From the NCBI GenBank assembly GCA_903893565.1, contig CAITMU010000025.1, positions 642 to 64,641 of the forward strand: a stretch of 64,000 nucleotides of DNA, given 5' to 3'. Position numbers and translations under genes: made by a program. The DNA is from an uncultured beta proteobacterium. GTDB lineage: Bacteria > Pseudomonadota > Gammaproteobacteria > Burkholderiales > SG8-41. Under the pieces are notes generated by a model that had not been told where the DNA came from, did no database searches, and was given only the letters and a program-made list of their open reading frames with translations. Of this stretch, positions 35,017-46,959 are shown one piece after another (the first letter of the stretch is position 1; each line of letters opens with the position of its first letter).

Positions 35017-35829
35017 ATGTCATTGATTTTGTCCCCCGTTATCACCTCTAGCAGTAACCCACAGTTTAAGACTTTAGCCAAATGGGTGGGCTCTTCTCGG
35101 GAGCGGCGTTTGAGTGGGTTTTCCCTGCTCGATGGGATTCATTTGATTCAAGCCTATGACCAGCACCAAGGCAGTCCCGAGCGCTTGATTGTGAGCGAAA
35201 GCGGGTTGCTTGTGCCAGAAATTCAATCCTTAATCTCTGCCCATCCGAGCGTTTGCATACTCTCGGACCTGTTGTTTAAGCAAATCTCTACCCTTCAGAC
35301 TCCCAGTGGGGTGATTGGATTGATTAAAACCCCGTTGGCTCAGGCTTTGCCGACCCAACTTGAAAATTGTGTGTTGTTAGAAGATATTCAGGATCCAGGC
35401 AATTTGGGTTCCATCTTAAGAACTTGTGCTGCCACCGGGATTGGACAGGTATTTTTATCTCCGCACAGCGTATTTGCTTGGGCGCCCCGGGTGTTAAGGG
35501 CTGGGATGGGCGCCCATTTTAGTTTGCAAATTTTCGAGTCTTGCGATTTGGAGGCTATTGTTGAGCGTTTTCCTGGTGAGGTGTTGGTGACGCAAAAACA
35601 GGCACAATACAACCTTTTTGAATGCGATTTGACCGGACCGATTGCTTTGATCCTCGGCAATGAGGGGGCAGGGGTCTCGCAGGCTCTGGCACAAAAGGCG
35701 AGTCGCTGTGTTTGTTTGCCGATGAAAGAGGGGGCTGCCGAATCGTTAAATGTTGCCGCAGCTGCAGCGGTGTGTTTGTATGAACGATTTCGTCAGGTGG
35801 GTTTTAAGGCCCGCTCGAGCCTGCCTTGA
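35017..35829 (+). CDS. TrmH/SpoU family RNA 2'-O-methyltransferase
   Basis: SpoU motifs are present: LEDIQDPGNLGSILRTCAATG, LILGNEGAGVS and ESLNVAAAAAVCLYE. The start is taken at ATG 35017. The track ORF extends to a TTG at 34972. Confidence 0.88.
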   Translation: MSLILSPVITSSSNPQFKTLAKWVGSSRERRLSGFSLLDGIHLIQAYDQHQGSPERLIVSESGLLVPEIQSLISAHPSVCILSDLLFKQISTLQTPSGVIGLIKTPLAQALPTQLENCVLLEDIQDPGNLGSILRTCAATGIGQVFLSPHSVFAWAPRVLRAGMGAHFSLQIFESCDLEAIVERFPGEVLVTQKQAQYNLFECDLTGPIALILGNEGAGVSQALAQKASRCVCLPMKEGAAESLNVAAAAAVCLYERFRQVGFKARSSLP

Positions 35830-35952
35830 GGCTAAAAGCGCTGAGCGGTCCTTTGGCGAAAAAAACGGTAGCCGTTTTTCGTATCTGGGTCATGGGTTTT
35901 GTTATCGGTCAGTGTAGGCCTGATAAAATCATTGGCCCGCGGTTAAAAATGA

Positions 35953-37623
<1,671 letters not shown>

Positions 37624-37653
37624 AATGGGTTGAGATTTTGATTGTGCTGAGTT

Positions 37654-37699
37654 CTTTTACACTTTTTACACCTTTTACACCTTTTACACCTTTTATCCC
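37654..37699. repeat. tandem ~9-bp repeat, 5 copies (C)TTTTACAC, last copy TTTTATCC
   Basis: T-tracts start at 37655, 37663, 37673, 37682 and 37691. The array lies 37-82 nt upstream of the kdsA ATG. Confidence 0.95.
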
Positions 37700-37735
37700 T
37701 TTCTTCGTCAACTGAAAAAAAAGGTTTCCCTCACT

Positions 37736-38575
37736 ATGCGCTTGTGCGGATTTGAAGTCGGACTGAAACAGCCGCTTTTTCTGATTGCCGGGCCCTGTGT
37801 GATTGAGTCTAGGCAACTGGCTACGGATATTGCTGGGGCGTTAAAAGAGCTCTGTCATTCGATTGGCATGCCGTTTATTTTTAAGGCCTCTTACGACAAA
37901 GCCAATCGCAGTTCCCATCAATCGTTTCGTGGTTTAGGCCGTGATAAAGGACTGGAGATTTTAGCGGATATTAAAAAAAATCTACACTTACCGGTGCTCA
38001 CTGACGTGCATGAGATAGGGGAAATTGAGCAAGTGGCCAGTGTGGTGGATGTCTTACAAACACCAGCATTTTTATGTCGTCAAACCGATTTTATTTCCGC
38101 TGTAGCCGCTTGTGGTAGACCGGTTAATATTAAAAAAGGTCAGTTTTTAGCCCCCTCTGACATGAAAAATGTCGTGGAAAAGGCCCGGGCTTCTAGTCAA
38201 ACGGACAACATCATGGTCTGCGAAAGGGGAGCGACTTTCGGCTATAACAATTTAATTTCCGATATGCGTTCATTGATGGTGATGCGTCAGACGGGCTGTC
38301 CGGTGGTTTTTGACGCGACCCATTCGGTCCAGTTGCCCGGAGCGCAAGGGGGCTCTAGTGGTGGAGAGCGTCAGTTTGTTCCCGTTCTAGCACGTGCTGC
38401 GGTTGCCGCAGGTATTTCGGGGTTATTCATGGAAACGCATCCTAACCCTGCGCAGGCCCTATCCGATGGCCCCAATGCTTGGCCTTTGCAGCATATGAAA
38501 CCGTTGCTTGAAACATTAATGGAATTAGATCAGTTGGTTAAAAAGACAACTTTTGCAGAAACCCTCGTTGTTTAA
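37736..38575 (+). CDS. kdsA: 3-deoxy-8-phosphooctulonate synthase
   Basis: 279 aa. It has [23 protein letters not shown] and [10 protein letters not shown] motifs. Confidence 0.96.
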   Translation: MRLCGFEVGLKQPLFLIAGPCVIESRQLATDIAGALKELCHSIGMPFIFKASYDKANRSSHQSFRGLGRDKGLEILADIKKNLHLPVLTDVHEIGEIEQVASVVDVLQTPAFLCRQTDFISAVAACGRPVNIKKGQFLAPSDMKNVVEKARASSQTDNIMVCERGATFGYNNLISDMRSLMVMRQTGCPVVFDATHSVQLPGAQGGSSGGERQFVPVLARAAVAAGISGLFMETHPNPAQALSDGPNAWPLQHMKPLLETLMELDQLVKKTTFAETLVV

Positions 38576-38588
38576 GTGCTATGAGTGT

Positions 38589-38620
38589 GGTTAGGCATTT
38601 CAATGCCTTGCCCCTTTTTT
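38589..38620 (+). terminator. candidate intrinsic terminator after kdsA
   Basis: GGTTAGGCA / TGCCTTGCC imperfect 9-bp stem (one G-U pair, one mismatch) with a 6-nt loop, then CC and T6. Confidence 0.5.
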
Positions 38621-38651
38621 CAACCCGTAGGCTAGCGCCAGAAAAATATAA

Positions 38652-39953
<1,302 letters not shown>

Positions 39954-39963
39954 CCCTTTTTTA

Positions 39964-40452
39964 ATGACGGCAAAAACCTTAACCCTTCTTTTTGTTTTGG
40001 TCATTGTCACCTTACAATATCCTTTATGGCTAGGTGATGGAGGGTGGTTTAGGGTATGGGAAGTTGAGCAGCAGGTTGATGTCCAAAAACAAAAAAATGA
40101 ACAATTAGAGTTAAGAAATCGGATTTTGGATGCTGATGTGCAGGATTTAAAGCAAGGGATCGAATCGGTTGAAGAGCGCGCAAGAAGCTTGCTGGGAATG
40201 ATTAAAAATAATGAGATTTTTATTCAATTCCCGGATGCGCCCAAAAACAAATTGCCCTCTGCGCCTAGGGGTTCTTCTGCCAACACGATGGATGCGGCTG
40301 TTGAAGCGACGAAAAAAAATCAAGCCACACCGAGTCAGCCCTTAAGTCGTTTGGCGACGCAGCCAAAGCCAAACGATTCAAAAATGCCCCCTTCTTCATC
40401 CACTTCTTCATCGCCTCCTACTTCGCCCCCCCATGACAGCCCAGCTCATTGA
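39964..40452 (+). CDS. ftsB: cell division protein FtsB with extended low-complexity C-tail
   Basis: It has a TM helix (LTLLFVLVIVTLQYPLW) and a coiled coil (KQKNEQLELRNRILDADVQDLK). It sits downstream of eno, as in many proteobacteria. The tail is Pro/Ser-rich. Confidence 0.88.
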   Translation: MTAKTLTLLFVLVIVTLQYPLWLGDGGWFRVWEVEQQVDVQKQKNEQLELRNRILDADVQDLKQGIESVEERARSLLGMIKNNEIFIQFPDAPKNKLPSAPRGSSANTMDAAVEATKKNQATPSQPLSRLATQPKPNDSKMPPSSSTSSSPPTSPPHDSPAH

Positions 40453-41287
40453 TGGCTTAGCGCTCGCGAGCCAAAAATTACAGAGTCTTAAGCAAAAGAT
40501 TGAAACGCTGCGCTTAACGCATCCTCAGCCCGGTCTCGCCACATTGCTGGTGGGAGATGACCCAGCCTCACGTATTTATATTCGTAACAAAGCCCGGGCC
40601 TGTGCAGAGGCTGGGGTATGCTCGATTCACCATACATTGCCCGCCAACAGTACTTTTGAGGAAGTGGTCGAGAAAATTGAATCGCTGAACCAAGACCCAC
40701 TGGTTCATGGCCTACTCATGCAATTGCCGCTGCCCCCGCACCTTGATGCGAAAAAACTCACCCAGCGCATTGATCGAAGAAAAGATGTTGATGGATTTAA
40801 TTGGCAGAACTTAGGCGCTTTAGTCGAGGGCGCGTCTGGTTTAAGGCCGTGCACGCCCACTGCCATTATGGCGATGCTAGAGAGTCAAAAAATACCCATC
40901 AAAGGCGCTCATGCCGTGGTACTCGGACGCAGCACGATTGTGGGTAAACCGGTGGCATTGATGTTGGTTGAACGGGGCGCTACCGTGACGATTTGTCACT
41001 CGCAAACCCGCGCACTGGAGGCGATGACCCGTCAAGCGGATATTTTAGTTGTTGCCATTGGTAAGCCTCGCCTGGTGGGTGCTCATATGGTTAAAGCCGG
41101 AGCGGCAGTGATTGACGTGGGGATTAATCGATTGGCTGATGGAAAAATTTGTGGTGATGTGGATTTTGAAGCCCTCAAAGAGCATGCCGGTTGGCTAACC
41201 CCGGTACCTGGGGGGGTGGGGCCGATGACGGTAGCCATGTTGGTGGAAAATACTTTGCAGGCTTATTGTGCTTTAATAGAAAAATAA
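40433..41287 (+). CDS. folD: bifunctional methylenetetrahydrofolate dehydrogenase / methenyl-THF cyclohydrolase
   Basis: 284 aa with GLATLLVGDDPASRIYIRNK, VLGRSTIVGKP and PGGVGPMT motifs. Confidence 0.96.
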   Translation: MTAQLIDGLALASQKLQSLKQKIETLRLTHPQPGLATLLVGDDPASRIYIRNKARACAEAGVCSIHHTLPANSTFEEVVEKIESLNQDPLVHGLLMQLPLPPHLDAKKLTQRIDRRKDVDGFNWQNLGALVEGASGLRPCTPTAIMAMLESQKIPIKGAHAVVLGRSTIVGKPVALMLVERGATVTICHSQTRALEAMTRQADILVVAIGKPRLVGAHMVKAGAAVIDVGINRLADGKICGDVDFEALKEHAGWLTPVPGGVGPMTVAMLVENTLQAYCALIEK

Positions 41288-41563
41288 AAGCACTTTAGAC
41301 CCACTCTCCCCACTTTGTGGGCTTTTCGCTCTAGGCCTTTGCAACCGATTGAGACTTTAGTGCGGTTGCGGGATAATAGCCGACTGTGAATTGCTAAGCA
41401 TTTTTGTGCCATTGATTGCAGTCATTCAACCTTGGATGGATGGCCAATAAAAGCTTTTCGAAAACCGAATGCCGTGAAGTTTTTTTTAGACTGAATAAAC
41501 GGTTACACTTTTTTTGTACGTCAAACATCCCGTATTATTTCATTGACATAACGATAGGCTATC

Positions 41564-44500
41564 TTGAACTCCTTACATCGCACCGTGCCCACTTTGAGTT
41601 TGGGATTTGGTTTTTCTTTTACCGATCTGTATGCGGAAGATCGATTAGAAAAAATTGATGCGCAATTTATTCAATTTGTGACTGAACTCGAACCCGAGTT
41701 AGCGCAATCGTTGCGCCAAGCCAGAGCCCTTGCCCAAGACATTTCTGCCAAAGCACATTCCGAGCTGCTGATTCGCTTAGCCCCTTATGTGGATGACTTC
41801 TTAGCGCACCTGTTTGGTATTGTGGCTGAATTGTCCTCTGTGTCAGCTGAGCATCACCACTTGGCGCCGATCTTTTCGGTTAAACGTCTTTTTGTGCAAC
41901 GTAAAGCGATGCATAAAATTAAACCAGATGAGGCGCTAAAACTGGACGGCGTGGCATTAGGAAGGGCGCTCGAAGGGTTTATGGGAGAGGCTATCAGTGA
42001 ACTGGGTTTTGCAAAAAGTGTTTTAGCTTGGCAACAAGATGAAGTAACGCACGCAAAAGCGCTTCAATGCGCCCTGGAGTATGCGGCTTGGGCTGCGCAC
42101 ACCGCACAAGGTCGATTGACGCATCAAAGTGGCGTATTGTTCAAAGCCCCCCATAAGACGAATCCCGCTCATTTGGTGGATGTGACGGCTACTCCAGATA
42201 AGCCGTATGTGGAGTATCGCTTTGATGTGAGTCGGTTACGCCGACGAGAGGGTTTTAAACTCACCGACTCAGGCACTGATCTAACCGGTGCCCTTGATCA
42301 GGCGCATTATTGTATTTGGTGTCATGAGCAAGGCAAGGATTCTTGCTCCAAAGGGTTGCTTGAAAAAGGCTCCACCGGTCGTGGGGTGAGTGCTTTTAAG
42401 AAAAGTCCTTTTGGTGTGACTTTGGCCGGATGCCCATTGGAAGAGAAGATTTCAGAATTTCATAAAGTTAAAACCGAAGGTCATGTGATTGGTGCGTTGG
42501 CGATTATCACCGTCGATAATCCCTTGGCGGCGGCAACGGGTCATCGCATTTGTAATGATTGTATGAAAGCGTGTATCTATCAAAAGCAAGAAGCGGTAGA
42601 TATACCCCAAGCGGAAACTCGAACGTTAAAAGATGTGTTGGGGCTGCCCTGGGGCTTTGAGATCTATAGTTTACTCACCCGTTGGAACCCTTTGAATATT
42701 CACCAACCGCTACCCCGTCAAGCCACCGGAAAACGGGTTTTAGTGGCGGGCATGGGGCCTGCTGGGTTTGCCTTGTCGCACTACCTGCTCAATGAAGGGC
42801 ATACGGTAGTGGGGATTGATGGCTTAAAGATTGAACCCTTAGAGGCTCGATGGGTGGGTCGTTCTGAGCAAGATCAGAGTGTCGGATTTGAACCTATTTA
42901 CGATGTGATGGCGATCAATGAAGCGCTTGATCAACGCGTCATGGCCGGTTTTGGTGGGGTGGCCGAGTATGGTATTACGGTGCGTTGGGATAAGAATTTT
43001 TTAAAAATTATCCGTCTCTTAATCGAGCGGCGCGCTCGATTTGCACTGCTCGGTGGTGTGCGTATGGGAGGCACTCTCACCACTGATGAAGTCTTTGATT
43101 CAGGCTTTGATCATCTGGCACTGGCCATTGGTGCTGGTCGTCCGACTGTGTTGGATATGCCCAATGCGCTGGCGCGTGGAGTTCGTACGGCGTCTGACTT
43201 TTTAATGGGATTGCAGTTAACGGGGGCCGCCAAAGCTGACTCCATCACCAATTTAGAGCTCCGGTTGCCGGTGGTGGTCATTGGTGGGGGGTTGACCGCC
43301 ATAGACGCGGCCACCGAATCGATGGCCTATTATCCGGTACAGGTTGAAAAGTTTTTATTCCGCTACGAAGCACTTTGCCAAGAGGGGACAGAAGAGGCGT
43401 TTAATCGTAGTTTGACGGAAGAGCAAAAACGCGTGGCGATGACTTATCTTGAGCATGCGCGTGCGATCAGAGCCGAGCGTGCACAAGCGGCACTGCAGTC
43501 CCGCCCCCCGCGTATCGTTGAGTTATTGCAAAGTTGGGGAGGGGTGACAGTGGCTTATCGTCGTCGCCTCATCGATAGCCCAGCCTACACGCTTAATCAT
43601 GAAGAAGTGCACAAGGCTTTGGAAGAGGGGATAGCCTTTGCGGAGGCCTTAACGCCGCTTAGCGTGCAGGTGGATGAATTTGGTCATGCTAGTTCTTTAA
43701 ATGTTTCCATTCAGCAGCGTGCTGAGGATGGGACATGGCATGAAGTGGGCCAAAAGTTGCTCCCCTTGGGTTGTTTGCTGATCGCAGCTGGCACCCAACC
43801 TAATACGGTATTAGCCCGTGAAGAACCCCAGAACTATAAGCTCGATGGACGTTATTTCCAAGCCGTGAATCCTCAAGCAGAAGCCATCGCGGTTGAAAAA
43901 TCGATCTCTAAACCCACCGACATTGAAGTCATCATTGCCCGGCGTGTCGACGGACGGGCCGTGAGTTATTTTGGTGATGTTCACCCTTCCTACTTTGGTA
44001 ACGTGGTCAAGGCGCTGGCCAGTGCCAAACAAGGCCACCCTGTGGTCACTGAAGTGTTAACCCAAGTCAGTGCGGGTTCCCCGTTAACGGATGCGCAATT
44101 TTTGCATCGTATGAAGGAGCGTCTAAGTGCTCGGGTGCATGCCGTGAACCGACTCACGCCTAATATTGTGGAAGTGGTCGTACGGGCACCTCTTGCGGCC
44201 GAGCGCTTTGAGCCAGGACAATTTTATCGATTACAAAATTTCGAAACCTTGGCCCCGAAGCTTCATGGGACCCGACTAGCCATGGAGGGGTTGGCTATGA
44301 CCGGTGCTTGGGTGGATGCCAAGCAAGGTTTGATTTCAACGATCATACTGGAGATGGGGGGCTCTTCCAATCTGTGCGCGCAATTAAAACCGGGGGAACC
44401 GGTCATTTTGATGGGGCCTACGGGGGCTCCCACCGAAATTCCACGCGATCAGACGGTTGTACTGGTGGGAGGAGGGTTGGGTAATGCAGTGCTCTTTTCC

Positions 44501-45079
44501 ATCGGCCAGGCCATGCGCCGAGCCGGCAACCAAGTGCTTTATTTTGCGGGTTACAAAAAAATCATTGACCGCTATAAGGTCGAAGAGATCGAGGCGGCCG
44601 CTGATGTGGTGGTGTGGTGTTGTGATGAAGCGCCGGGCTTTACTCCGACCCGCGCGCAGGACTTTAGTTTCGTGGGCAACATCGTGCAATGCATGCTGGC
44701 CTATGCAACGGGGCAATTGGGTCAATCACGACTCTCAATGAATCAAGCCGATCGATTGATCGTGATCGGTTCAGATCGCATGATGTCGGCGGTGACCGAG
44801 GCACGTCACAAGGTGCTTAAAGACTATGTGAAAGCAGGGCACGAGGCCATAGGGTCTATTAATTCGCCTATGCAATGCATGATGAAAGAAATCTGTGCGC
44901 AGTGCTTACAGCCCCATGTTGATCCCTTGACCGGAAAAACCACTTATGTGTTTTCTTGTTTCAATCAAGATCAGAGGCTTGACCATGTTGATTGGCCCGC
45001 ATTAAATCAAAGGCTGCAGCAAAATGCGACTCAGGAAAAGCTCACGAAGCATTGGCTGCAGCATTGTTTGAGTCATTAG
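41564..45079 (+). CDS. large multidomain iron-sulfur flavoprotein: unknown N-domain + GltD/NfnB-like module + PyrK/NfnA-like FNR module
   Basis: 1171 codons from the TTG. The start is uncertain: a GTG at 41584 and TTGs just downstream are possible. Cys clusters lie at aa 250/253/261/290 and 330/333/337. GxGxxG folds are VAGMGPAG and VVIGGGLTAIDAA. The C-terminal FNR-like part has FEPGQFYRL and VVLVGGGLGNAV. It ends in C-x5-C-x2-C-x17-C. Confidence 0.8.
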   Translation: MNSLHRTVPTLSLGFGFSFTDLYAEDRLEKIDAQFIQFVTELEPELAQSLRQARALAQDISAKAHSELLIRLAPYVDDFLAHLFGIVAELSSVSAEHHHLAPIFSVKRLFVQRKAMHKIKPDEALKLDGVALGRALEGFMGEAISELGFAKSVLAWQQDEVTHAKALQCALEYAAWAAHTAQGRLTHQSGVLFKAPHKTNPAHLVDVTATPDKPYVEYRFDVSRLRRREGFKLTDSGTDLTGALDQAHYCIWCHEQGKDSCSKGLLEKGSTGRGVSAFKKSPFGVTLAGCPLEEKISEFHKVKTEGHVIGALAIITVDNPLAAATGHRICNDCMKACIYQKQEAVDIPQAETRTLKDVLGLPWGFEIYSLLTRWNPLNIHQPLPRQATGKRVLVAGMGPAGFALSHYLLNEGHTVVGIDGLKIEPLEARWVGRSEQDQSVGFEPIYDVMAINEALDQRVMAGFGGVAEYGITVRWDKNFLKIIRLLIERRARFALLGGVRMGGTLTTDEVFDSGFDHLALAIGAGRPTVLDMPNALARGVRTASDFLMGLQLTGAAKADSITNLELRLPVVVIGGGLTAIDAATESMAYYPVQVEKFLFRYEALCQEGTEEAFNRSLTEEQKRVAMTYLEHARAIRAERAQAALQSRPPRIVELLQSWGGVTVAYRRRLIDSPAYTLNHEEVHKALEEGIAFAEALTPLSVQVDEFGHASSLNVSIQQRAEDGTWHEVGQKLLPLGCLLIAAGTQPNTVLAREEPQNYKLDGRYFQAVNPQAEAIAVEKSISKPTDIEVIIARRVDGRAVSYFGDVHPSYFGNVVKALASAKQGHPVVTEVLTQVSAGSPLTDAQFLHRMKERLSARVHAVNRLTPNIVEVVVRAPLAAERFEPGQFYRLQNFETLAPKLHGTRLAMEGLAMTGAWVDAKQGLISTIILEMGGSSNLCAQLKPGEPVILMGPTGAPTEIPRDQTVVLVGGGLGNAVLFSIGQAMRRAGNQVLYFAGYKKIIDRYKVEEIEAAADVVVWCCDEAPGFTPTRAQDFSFVGNIVQCMLAYATGQLGQSRLSMNQADRLIVIGSDRMMSAVTEARHKVLKDYVKAGHEAIGSINSPMQCMMKEICAQCLQPHVDPLTGKTTYVFSCFNQDQRLDHVDWPALNQRLQQNATQEKLTKHWLQHCLSH

Positions 45080-45188
45080 GATTGCGCTGGGTAGGGTTTA
45101 TTTTTTTGCCTCTTCCGTTATTTACAAGGGAGCTTCATCCCAGCCCTAACTAATCATTTTTTTGAGTCCCTTTTCAAGGACAGCGATC

Positions 45189-46925
45189 ATGAGTGTGCCT
45201 TCTCGTTTCGTGCCGACAAATCTCCCGGACCCGTGTGGTGCTCATCGACTCGCTAGGGCTTTGAAACGCCACGGTGTTCAAGTCCTGTTCGGGCAAAGCC
45301 TACCCTCGGCGCTGCATCTGGTGATCGGGCCCCAAGGGATGCGACAAATCGCCTACCGACAGGAAAATGCGGGAGCGGCCATGGCTGATGGCTATGCGAG
45401 AGCCTGTCAAAAAGTGGCCGTTGTCACCGCGCAAAACGGTCCTGCGGCAGCCCTACTGGCCCCCGGGCTAGCCGAAGCCCTGAAGGCCTCGATCCCGATT
45501 GTGGCCATTGTGCAGGATGTCAGACGCAACCAAACCGATCGCAATGCTTTTCAAGAACTCGATCATTTGGATATTTTTCGGGGCTGCGCTAAGTGGGTTA
45601 GGCGGGTGAGTGAAATGTCGCGCATCGAGGATTATGTGGATATGGCGTTTACGGCTGCCGCGAGTGCTCGTCCGGGACCGGCCGTCTTGTTGATTCCGCA
45701 AGATTTATTGATTGAGCCCACCGTCATACCCACTGGCGAAGGGCGCGTGTTAAATCTAGGTTACTTTCCTCTCGATCGGCCGCAAGCCGATTTTGCTCAA
45801 ATTAAACGGGCAGCCCAATGGATCGCAAAGGCTCAGCATCCTTTGATCGTGGCCGGTGGAGGGGTACATATTTCAGAGGCTCATCGGGTTTTGGCTGCGA
45901 TTCAGCAAGAAGCCGCATTGCCAGTAGGCACCACGAGTATGGGTAAGGGCAGTGTGGCTGAAACACACCCGCTGTCTATTGGGGTGATGGGTTACTTTAT
46001 GGGGCAGCGTGGCATGAGTCGACACATGCTGCCTTTGATCCGTGAAGCGGATTGTATTATTTTTGTCGGGAACCGTACTAATCAAAATGGTACGGATTCT
46101 TGGACCTTGTTTCCTCCTGGGGCACGTTATATTCACATCGATATTGATCCTCAGGAAGTGGGTAGAAATTATGAAGCCTTGCGCTTAGTGGGTGATGCCA
46201 AACTGACCCTAGAGGCGTTAAGGATTGCCCTGCTAGAGGAGGACTTAACAAAGCGCCAAGCCTCGCGACCCGCGTTGGAGCATTTTATCTTGCAGGGTAA
46301 AAAAGCGTTTATGGCGGAAAGTCGATCGATGCGCGAATCAGAGGCAACACCGATTCGTCCTGAACGGGTGATGCAGGTGCTCAATGATTTAATCAATGTC
46401 GACACATTGATTGTGACCGATGCGAGTTATGCATCGATCTGGGCGATGAATTACTTGGTGGCACAAAAACCGGGCTCTCGATTTTTCAGTGGACGGGGAT
46501 TGGCCGGCTTGGGATGGGGCTTCGCGGCGGCGATTGGCGTGAAGGTGGCCAAGCCTCATCAGGAGGTGGTGTGTATTGTGGGTGATGGGGGATTTGCTCA
46601 CATGTGGAGTGAACTAGAAACGGTTGCGCGCATGGGCATTAAAATCACCGTATTGGTATTAAATAACCAGATACTGGGTTATCAATGGCACGCGGAAGAG
46701 GCGCTTTATGGGGCTCACACAGAGGCTTGCCAGTTGGCGCCGGTGGACCATGCTTTGATTGCTAATGCTTGTGGATGCGTGGGGATTCGGGTGACGGACC
46801 CAGCACAGATACGGCCCGCCTTATTGCAATCGTTTGACCCCTTGAATGTGAAGACTCATCTCATTGATCTTATGATTGATCCACAGGCCTACCCGCCCAT
46901 TACCCTATTTGAGGGACGATTCTAG
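45189..46925 (+). CDS. thiamine diphosphate-dependent enzyme (acetolactate synthase-like family, specificity unknown)
   Basis: Catalytic Glu context (RQENAGAAMADGYAR) and ThDP motif (GDGGFAHMWSELETVARMGIKITVLVLNNQ). An AAGGA SD lies 8 nt before ATG 45189. The track ORF starts at TTG 45162. Confidence 0.85.
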   Translation: MSVPSRFVPTNLPDPCGAHRLARALKRHGVQVLFGQSLPSALHLVIGPQGMRQIAYRQENAGAAMADGYARACQKVAVVTAQNGPAAALLAPGLAEALKASIPIVAIVQDVRRNQTDRNAFQELDHLDIFRGCAKWVRRVSEMSRIEDYVDMAFTAAASARPGPAVLLIPQDLLIEPTVIPTGEGRVLNLGYFPLDRPQADFAQIKRAAQWIAKAQHPLIVAGGGVHISEAHRVLAAIQQEAALPVGTTSMGKGSVAETHPLSIGVMGYFMGQRGMSRHMLPLIREADCIIFVGNRTNQNGTDSWTLFPPGARYIHIDIDPQEVGRNYEALRLVGDAKLTLEALRIALLEEDLTKRQASRPALEHFILQGKKAFMAESRSMRESEATPIRPERVMQVLNDLINVDTLIVTDASYASIWAMNYLVAQKPGSRFFSGRGLAGLGWGFAAAIGVKVAKPHQEVVCIVGDGGFAHMWSELETVARMGIKITVLVLNNQILGYQWHAEEALYGAHTEACQLAPVDHALIANACGCVGIRVTDPAQIRPALLQSFDPLNVKTHLIDLMIDPQAYPPITLFEGRF

Positions 46926-46959
46926 GCGTTTGTTGGGGCCTTTGGGGTGGTTCGTTAGA

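Noticed and set aside
35861-35879. AAAAACGG-tag-CCGTTTTT symmetric hairpin after the TrmH-family gene, considered as a bidirectional terminator.
   Set aside because: Only three G-C pairs and a 3-nt loop, so the stability is probably too low. I kept it as a note, not a feature.
41404-41420. Sigma-54-like TGTGCC-N5-TTGCA, and a perfect TTGACA at 41543-41548, upstream of the large flavoprotein gene.
   Set aside because: - The -24 element lacks the invariant GG.
- The TTGACA has no acceptable -10 hexamer at 16-18 nt and would place the start inside the annotated ORF.
- The promoter and true start codon of this gene remain unassigned.
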